NCBI GenBank assembly: GCA_963749655.1
Contig: CAVVOB010000022.1
Span: 64,001 to 128,000 of the forward strand
DNA from: Nitrospirota bacterium
GTDB taxonomy: Bacteria > Nitrospirota > UBA9217
DNA: 64,000 nucleotides
Direction: 5' to 3'
In this document: positions 40,788 through 50,909 of the stretch, piece after piece
Layout: each line of letters opens with the position of its first letter
How positions within the stretch are numbered: position 1 is the stretch's first letter
The notes under the pieces: generated by a model
Seen by the model: the letters and a program-made list of their open reading frames with translations, nothing else
Told to the model about the DNA's origin: nothing
The model's database searches: none
Program-made: the position numbers and the translations under genes

Positions 40788-42779
40788 TTACAGGTGCGTT
40801 CCCTGCCGTGCGCGCCACCAACCGATACCGTAGGCTTCATTCAGCATTTTTTTCAATTCCGTGCCGTCGGGCAGCTGCTTGGGCAGCGGTACGCCGGGAA
40901 GGGGATGGAACTGCGGCGGCTGAGTGCTCAGGTCGGCGATATAATCCCTGCCGATGATACGGTACTGGCCGATCCCGAAGAATTTTTTTCTCGGCGCAAG
41001 AAGGTCTTGTCCCACCGAATAATAGGTGAAACCCTTCGGGGCGGCGAGCTCGACGAGCGTCGGTGCAATATCGATGTGTCCCCCGGCCGCACCATCGGGC
41101 ATGGAGATCCCGCGCATGACATCAGATCCGTATAATATGAACGGCACGGCCGACCGCTCAAAGAAGCCCGGTTTCTGGTTGATGAACTTGCGTCCGAAGT
41201 GGTCACCCGTAAAGGCAAAGAGGGTCCTGGGAAGACTTTTTTCGGTTTTGCGCACAAAATCACCGAGACACTTGTCTGCATACCACAAATGGCCCAGCAT
41301 CTTGATGGTAAGCGAGTTGTCGAAAAACGGCGCAATGTCGTCGGGAACCTTTGTAAGAGGGAATCCTTTTCCCCACACGTCTACGTTGTAGGGCGGATGA
41401 TAGCTTGTATTCAAAATAAGGTTAAAGCTCGGCTGTGAATCGTCGATCTTTTCAGACACAAAGCTGAACAAATACTCGTCATCGACGCCCCATTCGTGGG
41501 TTGCAACGCCCTTGTTCATGTTCGGCGCGCCGTAGACTTCGTCAGCACCCTGGTCCCGCGCGAAATCGCCGAACCGCTGCCAGCTCAAATATCCTCCATA
41601 AAACAGGCGCGTCCGGTAGCCCATTCTTTTGAAATCTTCAAACAGCGATGACGGATAGGGTTTGTACGAGGACCGTTGGAAATTCATTTCGATCTGGGCG
41701 TAGGGGATGCTCGTCACGACCGTGGTGAGCGACTGCATCGTGCTGTCAGAGGAAGGCAGGAAGCTCGTGAAGTGCAGACCCTTCCTGCCGAATTCCGAAA
41801 GGTTGTGTGTCAGCCCGAAGGAAGCGTATTTCGGCAGGAACGGCCATGCATCGTAGCTTTCCATGATAAATAGAAATATATGCCGGGGCGGCGTTCCTTT
41901 CGGGCCCCGGGCATGTTTTTCCATATAGGAATCGAGGTCCGGATAGTTTGCATCGGTCTCGAAGAATTCGCGGGCGGCTTTTCGAACGTCTCCGTCAGGA
42001 AGGAAGGTTTCCACACCCGCTACACCGGTCTGTAATGCATGATCCTCCACTGCGAAGAGCAGCGAAAAAAAAGGATTGACGACTGATTTGTTCAAAAAAC
42101 CGTCCGCGGTAACGGCAATGTCCTTGCGCTGGGCCGGCCGGTCTCCGGCCCCGCCGCGCACGCCGGTAAGGACCAGCCCGGCAATGACCAGGGCGGCCGT
42201 GATTTTTACAACAAGAGGTATGCGGAGCGACGCGATGACGTTGTCGGACAGGAAGCCGTTTCCGACAAAGCGGTTGTTCAGTTTCTGGACCAATGCGATG
42301 ATGATGCCGATACCCGTAAAGACAAGAATCGGGTGGTAGTTTGCCCAGATGGTGAGCAGGATCGCCTTCGTGTCGTCGTAATACAGGTTGAAGATGAAGT
42401 GGTTGAACTGGTCGTCGTATTCCCTGAAGTAAACAAAGGTGAAGATCCAGGCGATCGACGTGAGAAGAACGAAGGCAGCGCCGAATCCCTTGCGCAGACG
42501 GTGAGGGAGAGAACCAAGATCAACGAACCCCGAAACCACGCCGGCCAGAAAGGGTAAGGCGATCCAGCAGGTTGAAAGCATGGAGTCGAAGCGGAGTCCG
42601 GTAAGTACGGTCAGGAGAACGCTCACAGTGCCGCTCGCAGCTTCCATTTTGTTCCGGTAGTACGCCAGGAAAGAAAGGCGAAAGAACAGCAGGTAAAGCA
42701 TGAAAAAAAGCCACTGCTTTACGTCGCGCTGAAAGTGGATGAGGAATCGGTTGAATCCTTTTGCCGGATCGGTGTTCAT
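40788..42779 (-). CDS. LTA-synthase-family (sulfatase/alkaline phosphatase fold) membrane protein
   Basis: About five TM helices, then IMESY, TSYHPPY, YADK.LG.F, FTGDH and HIDIAPT. Confidence 0.85.
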   Translation of the reverse strand: MNTDPAKGFNRFLIHFQRDVKQWLFFMLYLLFFRLSFLAYYRNKMEAASGTVSVLLTVLTGLRFDSMLSTCWIALPFLAGVVSGFVDLGSLPHRLRKGFGAAFVLLTSIAWIFTFVYFREYDDQFNHFIFNLYYDDTKAILLTIWANYHPILVFTGIGIIIALVQKLNNRFVGNGFLSDNVIASLRIPLVVKITAALVIAGLVLTGVRGGAGDRPAQRKDIAVTADGFLNKSVVNPFFSLLFAVEDHALQTGVAGVETFLPDGDVRKAAREFFETDANYPDLDSYMEKHARGPKGTPPRHIFLFIMESYDAWPFLPKYASFGLTHNLSEFGRKGLHFTSFLPSSDSTMQSLTTVVTSIPYAQIEMNFQRSSYKPYPSSLFEDFKRMGYRTRLFYGGYLSWQRFGDFARDQGADEVYGAPNMNKGVATHEWGVDDEYLFSFVSEKIDDSQPSFNLILNTSYHPPYNVDVWGKGFPLTKVPDDIAPFFDNSLTIKMLGHLWYADKCLGDFVRKTEKSLPRTLFAFTGDHFGRKFINQKPGFFERSAVPFILYGSDVMRGISMPDGAAGGHIDIAPTLVELAAPKGFTYYSVGQDLLAPRKKFFGIGQYRIIGRDYIADLSTQPPQFHPLPGVPLPKQLPDGTELKKMLNEAYGIGWWRARQGTHL

Positions 42780-42831
42780 GGAATTGTTCTTTCGTGCGGT
42801 GACATGCGGCGGCCGCTTCGGCAGCCCCATG

Positions 42832-44697
42832 TCATGATATTTCGGCAAGTCCGGCGAGCTGCTCGTCGAACTCCCGTGCTTTCGCGTCGTGTTCCGTCGT
42901 GACAGACTCCAGCTCGGCGAAGAGCTTCTCGATCTTTGTCTTGGCCTCGTTTATGCATTGGGACAACTGCCTGATGCTCAATGCCTTGCCCTTGACTGAA
43001 GCTTCGAGCATCTCCTGGGTATCGCGCTCTACTTCCTGTTCGAGCTTCGTGATCTCCTGTTCGATGACCGTGATCCGGTTTTTGAGCGAGCTTAAAACCT
43101 TTGACTTGTCCGAAATAATGGACGCGCGCTGCTTCTTCGCGTCCTTCCGGTTCCCATTCCTGGCCGCGTCCTGTTTTTTCCCCTTCTTTACGCGCACACC
43201 GCCTTCGTCGCTCCATCCGACCCGTTCGAGGAAGTCGAGGTAAGTTCCCTCGAAGACCGACACTTCGTCATTGTCGTAAATGATGAGTTTGGTCGCGATG
43301 GCCTCGAGAATGAGTTCACTGTGGGTCACGATGATGACCGCGCCGTCAAAAGCCTCGATCGCCTCGATGAGCGAATCAATAGACTCCATGTCGAGGTGGT
43401 TTGTGGGCTCGTCGAGCATCAGGAGATTCGCGGGCGAGACGAGCAGTTTGCCCAAAAGCACCCGGCTTTTTTCGCCGCCCGAGAGCACGCTCACTTTTTT
43501 GAGTGCGTTGTCTCCTTCGAACATCATAAGCCCGCAGATCGCGCGGGCCTCGCCCTGGCCGCAGTCAGGATGGGACTCCATGACCTCCTGGAGCGCCGTT
43601 TTTTCGGGGCGCAGGCGGTTGATGTTGGTCTGGCCGAAATAGGCTATCTTGGTGTTCGGGTGGTGTTTTATTTCACCGCCGAGGGGTGACATCTCCCTGG
43701 CCAGCAGGTTGAGGAGCGTCGTCTTTCCCTTGCCGTTCTTTCCGATCACGGCGACGCGGTCCTTCTTTCCGACGGCGAAGGAAAGCCCGTCGATCAGCTT
43801 CGGTCCGTCCTTGGAAAATCCGAAGGACAGGTCTTCGACGGTCATGAGCCACTTGGCTTCGAACGGGGCTGATCTGAATTTGAAGTCCAGAGTTCTGATC
43901 TCATCGAGCTTTTCGAGCTTCTCGTGCCTGGCCAGGGCCTTGACACGCGATTGGACCGCGCTGGCCTTGGTGGCCTGGGCGCGGAACCTGTTGATGAACT
44001 GCTCCACCTCTTTGCGTTTTTTCTCGTCGTTCTGGCGCGTCTTTTCGTAGATTTCCTCTTCCAGAAGGATCTGGTCGTAGAGCTTTTGGGTGCCGCCCTG
44101 CACCTTCCGCATCTTGCAGCGGTGGATGATCATGGTATGCGTGGAGACGCTGTCCATGAAGTCGCGGTCGTGGGTGATGATGATCATCTCGTTTCGCCAG
44201 GCGCGCAGGAACTGGGTGAGCCAGCGGACGGAAACGATATCGAGGTAGTTCGTGGGTTCGTCCAGGAGCAGGAGATTGGGCTCGGACGCGAGAACCTTGG
44301 CGAGGTTCAAGCGGACCTGGTAGCCGCCGGAGAGCGACGCCGGGTGCCGGTCGAAGTCGTCGTTCGTGAAGCCGAGGCCGTGCAGGATCGCCTCGGCCTT
44401 GTACGTTTCGTCGATATGGTCCTCGTTCGACGGAAGGGCCAGGCAGGCTTCGCCGAGAACGGTCTCTTCCGTGAAATGGATATGCTGGGACAGGTGGCCG
44501 ATAGAGTACCCGGACGGTACGGTGATCGTGCCGGAGTCCTGGTGTTCTTCCCCGAGGACCATTCGGAAGAGGGTGGATTTGCCGTGGCCGTTCCTGCCCA
44601 CGAGACCGACCCGCTCGCGTGGATTGACCGTGAAGCCGACGCCGTCGAACAGGACCTGTTTGCCGTAGGATTTTTCGAGATTCGTTACCTGGAGCAT
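42832..44697 (-). CDS. ABC-F family ATP-binding protein
   Basis: Two NBDs (GRNGHGKS, GKNGKGKT, LSGG, LDEPTN), no TM segments, C-terminal coiled coil. Confidence 0.93.
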   Translation of the reverse strand: MLQVTNLEKSYGKQVLFDGVGFTVNPRERVGLVGRNGHGKSTLFRMVLGEEHQDSGTITVPSGYSIGHLSQHIHFTEETVLGEACLALPSNEDHIDETYKAEAILHGLGFTNDDFDRHPASLSGGYQVRLNLAKVLASEPNLLLLDEPTNYLDIVSVRWLTQFLRAWRNEMIIITHDRDFMDSVSTHTMIIHRCKMRKVQGGTQKLYDQILLEEEIYEKTRQNDEKKRKEVEQFINRFRAQATKASAVQSRVKALARHEKLEKLDEIRTLDFKFRSAPFEAKWLMTVEDLSFGFSKDGPKLIDGLSFAVGKKDRVAVIGKNGKGKTTLLNLLAREMSPLGGEIKHHPNTKIAYFGQTNINRLRPEKTALQEVMESHPDCGQGEARAICGLMMFEGDNALKKVSVLSGGEKSRVLLGKLLVSPANLLMLDEPTNHLDMESIDSLIEAIEAFDGAVIIVTHSELILEAIATKLIIYDNDEVSVFEGTYLDFLERVGWSDEGGVRVKKGKKQDAARNGNRKDAKKQRASIISDKSKVLSSLKNRITVIEQEITKLEQEVERDTQEMLEASVKGKALSIRQLSQCINEAKTKIEKLFAELESVTTEHDAKAREFDEQLAGLAEIS

Positions 44698-45122
44698 GCG
44701 GTGACCTTTGCGGAATAAAGTTGCGAAAACACAGCCCCATATAATAACGCAGGAGAAGGACTATGGCAAATGATTTTTATTCGGATTTTTAGTACTTTTG
44801 ATCCGAAAAAAGGGACATGAATGCCTTTCAGAGGGGAGGATATGGCGACAAGTCCCTTCCCTGACCCTGTTTGCTTCCACTGCAGACTTCGTCAAGTGCC
44901 GGAAAAAATGAGTACTTAAGTATAAAGAAAGGCCCGCCAATATCGACATTGTCTCCAGCAATCACCGAAAGAGTGAAAACTTTCACGCTGCCGGCTCTGC
45001 ATGAAATCGGACTGTCTTGACAGTGAGCCAGCCCGTTGATATGTATAAATCAGGGACGTCGACGCGCGGTATTGCTTTTTCGAACAATGGTCACTTGTGG
45101 AGCCGGTCGTCCGGCAGGCAGC

Positions 45123-45138
45123 CGGTATCGTGTTTGCA
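45123..45138 (+). promoter_or_regulatory. Probable sigma54 promoter
   Basis: CGGTAT-CGTGT-TTGCA with correct GG/GC spacing, about 90 nt before ORF 45227. Confidence 0.5.
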
Positions 45139-45226
45139 GAGGAGTTGCTGCAGGATGCTCGCATTAGCAGAGTCCCGCGTGCCGGCAGGGGTAGAGGATT
45201 TCACTCGCAGGGAGAAGGAGGCGGGT

Positions 45227-45433
45227 ATGCTCATTCGCGTAATATATCCTGACAACAGGTATGATTTCGTAAAAGACACTTTTCTCGACCAGTTGATCCG
45301 GAACAGATCGATCACGATGTTCCAGCGCAAGAGCGGATGGGTTCGGGTGGGTGTTGATCCCGTCCGGCTGAAGAGCAGGCGCGCCACGTTGCGGCCGGAG
45401 AAGGGGCGGAGCAGTCAGTCGCCGGGGCACTGA
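45227..45433 (+). CDS. GSU3473-family small protein
   Basis: MLIRVIYPDNRYDFVK..LDQLI...I..FQRKSGWVRVGVDPVR, with an AAGGAGG Shine-Dalgarno before the ATG at 45227. Confidence 0.8.
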   Translation: MLIRVIYPDNRYDFVKDTFLDQLIRNRSITMFQRKSGWVRVGVDPVRLKSRRATLRPEKGRSSQSPGH

Positions 45434-45482
45434 TCGTGAAGGCGGTGATTCGCTGAAAGCGGGGATGTCGACGGAAGGCTCC

Positions 45483-46448
45483 TCAGGCCTGCTCCAGAAA
45501 CTCGATGGCCCGTTTCTCCGACCAATAGCTGCCGTCGTGATTGAACTGCATAAACCCCACATGGCCTCCCCATTCCGGCATCTCGAGATGCACATATGCG
45601 CTGTCCGAGGCCTCCTGGACAGGATAGCATCGGCCGGTGAGGAAGGGGTCATCGAGGGCGTTTACGATAAGCGTAGGAACACGAATCGCGGGAATATATT
45701 GCCCGCTGCTGCACTTACACCAGTAGTCCTCGGCATCCCGGAAACCATGGAGGGGCGCGGTATACCGGTCGTCGAAATCCTTGAAATTTTTAATGCGTCC
45801 GTACCCTTCGTCGCTGATTAATCCCGGCATGACCTTCATTTTTGTTTTGATCTTCCCGTGGAGCGAAATGAGGAACTGCTGCATGTAGAGCCGGTTTCTC
45901 AGGCGGGACAGCTCATGGGCGCTTGCAGCGAGGTCGCAGGGGACCGAGAAAACGACTGCTTTCCCTATTCGCGGATCAAGGGCAGAGCTGTTCGCACCCA
46001 GGTAGACCAGGGACAGGTTCCCTCCAAGGCTGAATCCGATCAATGCCACCGTCCCGTAGGTCTGCTGCTGCAGCAGGTATCGGATGACGCAGTCCAGATC
46101 ATCGATGGCCCCATTATGGTACATGCGAAGCTTTCGATTCGTTTCCCCGGAGCATCCGCGGTAATTCCAGGCCAGCGCGTCCCAGCCGTGGAGGTTCAGC
46201 ATGCGCGCCATTCCCTTCACGTAGGGACGGCTGGAGTTGCCTTCCAGTCCGTGGGACAGGACAGCGATTCTCCTGCTGCCCGTCCGCGCCCAATCCAGGT
46301 CAAGAAAGTCGCCGTCGGGTGTGTCGATGCGTTCCCGGGTGTAGCGGCATCCGTCGATCGTGCGGAGCAGCGAAGGGACGATGGTCTGGGCATGACCGTT
46401 CCTGCAGAGGAACGGCGCGCGATATCGGGATGCAGGGACAAGGGGCAT
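45483..46448 (-). CDS. YheT-family alpha/beta hydrolase
   Basis: NGHAQTI, DGDFLDLDW, HGLEG, GFSLGGN, NALDDPF and GGHVGF. Confidence 0.92.
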   Translation of the reverse strand: MPLVPASRYRAPFLCRNGHAQTIVPSLLRTIDGCRYTRERIDTPDGDFLDLDWARTGSRRIAVLSHGLEGNSSRPYVKGMARMLNLHGWDALAWNYRGCSGETNRKLRMYHNGAIDDLDCVIRYLLQQQTYGTVALIGFSLGGNLSLVYLGANSSALDPRIGKAVVFSVPCDLAASAHELSRLRNRLYMQQFLISLHGKIKTKMKVMPGLISDEGYGRIKNFKDFDDRYTAPLHGFRDAEDYWCKCSSGQYIPAIRVPTLIVNALDDPFLTGRCYPVQEASDSAYVHLEMPEWGGHVGFMQFNHDGSYWSEKRAIEFLEQA

Positions 46449-46473
46449 GGGGGCCGTCTCCTCCGGCTTTCAT

Positions 46474-46833
46474 CTACAGAACTTCCTCATCTTCCTTGCG
46501 CCAGGCCGGATCAACAATGCAGATGAATTTAAGGTCATCCTTTCCGGAGTTCGTGATGCACTGTTTTGCCCGGGGAGGTATGTACACGGTCGATCCCGGC
46601 CGGACCGGCGCCGATTCTCCGTTGATGTGCATGATGCCTTCCCCTTCTATTATATAGTATACTTCGGAGGTTTTGAGCCGGTGCTCCCAGGTCGTGTCAC
46701 CGGGCCTGACCACCGCGTGGGCCAGGCTGTAGCGGAGGTTGAGGTCTTCCTTGTCAGGGTGCAGGATCTCGCGGAGCAGGCAATTGTCGCCGGCCACGAT
46801 CTCCTCGCAGTCATTTAATTCCCGTATAAACAT
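46474..46833 (-). CDS. Cupin-domain protein
   Basis: H.L..SEVYYI..GEG.M.I...V.IPP...Q.I.N cupin motifs. Confidence 0.88.
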   Translation of the reverse strand: MFIRELNDCEEIVAGDNCLLREILHPDKEDLNLRYSLAHAVVRPGDTTWEHRLKTSEVYYIIEGEGIMHINGESAPVRPGSTVYIPPRAKQCITNSGKDDLKFICIVDPAWRKEDEEVL

Positions 46834-46908
46834 GGCGTATGTCCTTATCGTCCGCACTCGGTTTCGCGGGCCGGCAGGTGAAGAGCAGCGGCGGAGTCGG
46901 TCTATGCT

Positions 46909-46942
46909 AAAAAAAGCGCCCCGGTGAACTTAACGGGGCGCT
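46909..46942 (-). terminator. Intrinsic terminator after the DUF3617 gene
   Basis: GCGCCCCG...CGGGGCGC stem followed by a T run on the minus strand. Confidence 0.8.
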
Positions 46943-46968
46943 CCGTGGACTATCCGGCCCGAGGGCGG

Positions 46969-47397
46969 CTATTTGCAGTCGCCGATCCTCCTGCCGCTGA
47001 TGTGCTGCACTATCGTTGACTTTCCCTGCTTCTTGTCCGCGGTTTCCATCTTCATGACGCCGCTGTATGCATTGTGCTGGTAGACCATTTCGCCGGATCC
47101 CCTGCTGCCGTCCTTGCACTGCATGGTCCAGTCTGCCTTGTTGCCCTGGATCTTCATGTCCTTAACTTCGCAATCGTTTTTCTTGTCCGGCGGGGGATCG
47201 TCTTTTTTGGGATCCTTCACATCATCTTTGGTGATGCACTGGGTGATTGTCGTAGGCGGCATGGAGAACGGCAAGCCCGGCATTTCCATTTTTACGGAAA
47301 TTTCCCATTTGCCGTCCTGCATCAGGGGCGGAGCGGCGAAAAGCGGTGATGCGGTCAACAAAAAACCTGCGGCAAGAACAAAAACAACGGTCTTCAT
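46969..47397 (-). CDS. DUF3617-family exported protein
   Basis: Signal peptide, GKWEI..KMEMPG...TQCIT, and C-terminal GRRIGDC. GGAGG Shine-Dalgarno. Confidence 0.8.
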   Translation of the reverse strand: MKTVVFVLAAGFLLTASPLFAAPPLMQDGKWEISVKMEMPGLPFSMPPTTITQCITKDDVKDPKKDDPPPDKKNDCEVKDMKIQGNKADWTMQCKDGSRGSGEMVYQHNAYSGVMKMETADKKQGKSTIVQHISGRRIGDCK

Positions 47398-47554
47398 CGT
47401 GTGGCCTCCTGTCACATGGAATGGGGTGATGATAACCGAAGCCCGCCGCCCTGTCAACCGTGATTGCGATGCATCCGGCCGCGCTGCTGACTGCCTTGAC
47501 AATCCCCGGTGCGGAGTATATGATGAAAAAATCTGATGCGAACAGGAGCAGCTG

Positions 47555-48253
47555 ATGGCGGAACCGGTCAGAATTCTCTACGATTTCAAAATGAGCAATG
47601 GAGCGGAGAAGGCATTCGATCTTCTACTCGAGAAGGACAACCTTGCCCTGGTCCGGGGCCGGACAGATGCTCCGCCGGATTGGGCACGCCTGGAATTCCA
47701 TCAGTGCGCAAACTGCCCGTTGAATACGACCCTCATCCCCTACTGCCCGATTGCCGTGAATCTTGCCGGGATCACCCAGGAATTCAGGGAGGTCGCCGCT
47801 GCAGACAAGGCGGTCGTCACCGTTACGGTGAAGGAGCGGGCTTATGTTAAAGAGACGTCGATCCAGGAAGGGCTGAGCCCCCTGCTCGGCATCATTATGA
47901 CCACGAGCGGTTGTCCGGTCATGGAGCCGCTCAAGCCGATGGTCAAATTTCATCTTCCCTTTGCCAGCCTGGAAGAGACGGTATTCAGGACGATCTCCCT
48001 GTTTCTCGTGGCCCAATTCATCCGCGCCCAGGCCGGGAAAAAGCCCGAATGGCAGCTTGAGGGGCTTGCCAGGATATATAACGAGGTAAAAAAGCTGAAC
48101 CGGGATTTCGGGCAGAGGATGATCACCGCCGCGCACAGCGATGCCAACGTCCGTGCCCTGGTCAAGCTGAATGTCTTTGCCGTAATGGTCCCCATGGAGG
48201 CCGAGAAACTGCTCAAGGAAATCACTCCCTATTTTTCCTCCTATCTCAAGTAG
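47555..48253 (+). CDS. Conserved hypothetical protein (DUF6901-like, Cys-containing)
   Basis: PPDWARLEFHQCANCPL...YCP.A, SGCP...LKPM.KFHLPFAS.EET. Confidence 0.7.
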   Translation: MAEPVRILYDFKMSNGAEKAFDLLLEKDNLALVRGRTDAPPDWARLEFHQCANCPLNTTLIPYCPIAVNLAGITQEFREVAAADKAVVTVTVKERAYVKETSIQEGLSPLLGIIMTTSGCPVMEPLKPMVKFHLPFASLEETVFRTISLFLVAQFIRAQAGKKPEWQLEGLARIYNEVKKLNRDFGQRMITAAHSDANVRALVKLNVFAVMVPMEAEKLLKEITPYFSSYLK

Positions 48254-48562
48254 CCTGCGTATCCACCCGACCGGCTATCCGGGGCCCCGCGCCGTACTGA
48301 TCCTCCCGTGCCGTTTCCTGTTCACCATTGGCCGCGTTGTCGGTTTTCTGCAAAATGCTTCCGATCTTGCGTTGATATCGGCCGGGACCTGCGTGACCTG
48401 CGGCTGCCGGCCGACGAGCGCGGAATCGGGCATCGTACACCCGGTCGGACCGCAGACGCTGCGGCGCGGACGTCCGGAAACCTATTGCATGCTTGACTTT
48501 AGTGCAGGCGGGATGCTATTATCCAGCCTGTTTTCGCACAAATGAAAAAGGAGTATTGACCG

Positions 48563-50335
48563 GTGAACGCACAGAAAAAGACGCATACCTGCGGTGAATT
48601 AACGAAAAAAGACGTGGGCGCGACCGTAACGCTCATGGGATGGATCAATACGAGGCGCGACCACGGCGGCCTCATCTTCGTGGATCTGCGGGACCGGAGC
48701 GGAATCACCCAGGTTGTCTTCAATCCCGGAAAGGCGGCTGAAGCGCACGCGGCCGCCCACGACATCCGGAGTGAGTATGTGCTGGCCGTAACGGGGGAGG
48801 TGTCGCTCAGGCCGGACAAAACCGAGAATTCCAATCTTCCCACCGGCGAGATCGAGGTGCTGGTGTCGGATCTCACGATCCTGAACGCGTCCAAGCCCCT
48901 GCCGTTCATGATCGAGGATGAAACCGACGTGGCAGAGAGCCTTCGCCTCAAGTATCGTTACCTCGACCTGCGGCGGCCGGCTCTCCAGCGGACGCTCATT
49001 ACGCGCCATCAAATAACCCGGACCGTGCGCCGCTTTCTGGACAGCAGCGGATTCATCGACATAGAGACGCCGTTCCTGACCAAGAGCACGCCTGAAGGAG
49101 CCCGGGATTATCTCGTTCCGAGCAGGGTGAATCCGGGCATGTTCTTCGCGCTCCCCCAGTCGCCGCAGCTTTTCAAGCAGATCCTGATGGTGGCCGGATT
49201 CGAGCGCTATTATCAGATCGTGAAGTGTTTCCGCGACGAGGACCTCAGGGCCGACCGGCAGCCCGAATTCACTCAGATAGATCTCGAGATGTCCTTCATC
49301 GACGAGGACGACATCATTGCGCTCATGGAGCGGCTCATTGCCGAGGTCGTCCGCGAGGTCAAGGGCATCGATGTTCCCGTCCCGTTCCCGCGCCTCCCGT
49401 ACCGGGAGGCCATGGACCGCTACGGCTCGGATAAGCCGGACACACGCTTCGGCCTCGAGCTCAGGGACATTTCGGAAATCGCCAAGGCGTCGGACTTCAA
49501 GGTGTTCCTCCAGGCCGTGGAGCTCGGCGGACAGGTCCGGGGTTTTGCAGCGCCGGGCATGGCGGGCCTGTCCCGCAAAGAGGTGGACGACCTTACGAAC
49601 GAAGCGAAGATCTTCGGCGCAAAAGGACTGGCGTGGATCAAGGTCACCGACGGGGGCTTTGAATCGCCGATCGCGAAGTTTTTCAAGGACGGCCAGGTCC
49701 GGGAAATAGCCGCGCGGCTCGGGGCAAAGCCCGGCGACCTCATGCTGTTTATCGCCGACAGCCCAAAAGTCGTGTTCGAGACATTGGGATACCTGCGGCT
49801 GCTCCTGGGGAAAAGGCTGAAACTCATCGACGAGAACAGACTGAACTTCCTGTGGGTCACCGATTTTCCGCTGGTGGAGTGGAACGCCGATGAAAAGCGG
49901 TACGATGCCATGCATCATCCCTTCACTGCGCCGAAGGACGAGGACCTGGAGTTTATGAAGTCCGATCCCCTGAAGGTAAGGGCCAGGGCATACGATATCG
50001 TGCTGAACGGATCCGAGATCGGCGGGGGAAGCATCCGCATCCACCGCTCGGAAGTGCAGTCCCGGATGTTCGGCCTGCTGAACATTGCGGAAGAGGATGC
50101 GCGGAAGAAATTCGGGTTCCTGCTCGAGGCGCTTGAATACGGCGCGCCCCCTCACGGCGGTCTCGCCTTTGGTCTGGACCGGCTCACGGCTATCCTCACC
50201 GGCGCCACGTCCATCCGTGACGTGATCGCGTTCCCCAAAACGCAGAAGGCAATCTGCGTCATGACCGAAGCCCCGTCACGGGTGTCCCCGGCCCAGCTTC
50301 GCGAACTCTCGATAAAGCTGGATGTGGTAGAATAA
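48563..50335 (+). CDS. aspS: Aspartate--tRNA ligase
   Basis: [48 protein letters not shown] and GAPPHGG. Confidence 0.97.
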   Translation: MNAQKKTHTCGELTKKDVGATVTLMGWINTRRDHGGLIFVDLRDRSGITQVVFNPGKAAEAHAAAHDIRSEYVLAVTGEVSLRPDKTENSNLPTGEIEVLVSDLTILNASKPLPFMIEDETDVAESLRLKYRYLDLRRPALQRTLITRHQITRTVRRFLDSSGFIDIETPFLTKSTPEGARDYLVPSRVNPGMFFALPQSPQLFKQILMVAGFERYYQIVKCFRDEDLRADRQPEFTQIDLEMSFIDEDDIIALMERLIAEVVREVKGIDVPVPFPRLPYREAMDRYGSDKPDTRFGLELRDISEIAKASDFKVFLQAVELGGQVRGFAAPGMAGLSRKEVDDLTNEAKIFGAKGLAWIKVTDGGFESPIAKFFKDGQVREIAARLGAKPGDLMLFIADSPKVVFETLGYLRLLLGKRLKLIDENRLNFLWVTDFPLVEWNADEKRYDAMHHPFTAPKDEDLEFMKSDPLKVRARAYDIVLNGSEIGGGSIRIHRSEVQSRMFGLLNIAEEDARKKFGFLLEALEYGAPPHGGLAFGLDRLTAILTGATSIRDVIAFPKTQKAICVMTEAPSRVSPAQLRELSIKLDVVE

Positions 50336-50447
50336 GAGCAATGCGGATTGCGGACTTCGAAATGCGGAATGAACGGCAACCCCATTCCGGAACTTCAGCG
50401 TCATTTCGCGCATCCCTGCTATCCCCGGAAGCGACGAGGTTTGTGTC

Positions 50448-50615
50448 ATGAAGTGCAAGGTTTGCGGCAAGGAAATCGAACTCCGGATCGGCTGACGTAA
50501 TGTGACATTTCGCTGCACGGCGTGCGGCAAGGAATATCCCATCCAGGCGTACATCAATGAAATAGACGAAGAGATGTGGGAAAAAATATCCCGCCGTCCC
50601 TGCAACCGGGCCTGA
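50448..50615 (+). CDS. Dual-CxxC small selenoprotein, 55 aa (UGA at 50493-50495 read as Sec)
   Basis: MKCKVCGKEIELRIG-U-RNVTFRCTACGKEYPIQAYINEIDEEMWEKISRRPCNRA. GAGG Shine-Dalgarno, and a hairpin at 50512-50528 downstream of the UGA. Confidence 0.8.
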
Positions 50616-50909
50616 TCCGACAGGCTTCCTGCAGGCCGCTGCTTGGTGCAGCACCTGCGTTCGCGCAGAATGTGCTGCAGTCTCCTCAGATGATTCTCTG
50701 TAAAGTATCACACCGGGTCGCTTCCCCGGACAACAATCGCGTTGAAACTCATTATTTCTTCACCGATCGAACAGATCCAAAACATCGGACCTGTCGGTTC
50801 ATGCGCCCTGCCTGATGAATCCCTCCAGCCGCAGATCTGCGGACAGGAGTGCAGCGATGTGCTATTATTGCCAAAAGAACGGGGAATCCCCTGACGGAGG
50901 TGCACGGTT

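Noticed and set aside
48563-48900. Assigning AspRS as non-discriminating from the RRDHGG motif
   Set aside because: The His supports it but the second diagnostic loop position does not clearly match. It needs genome context (asnS, gatCAB).
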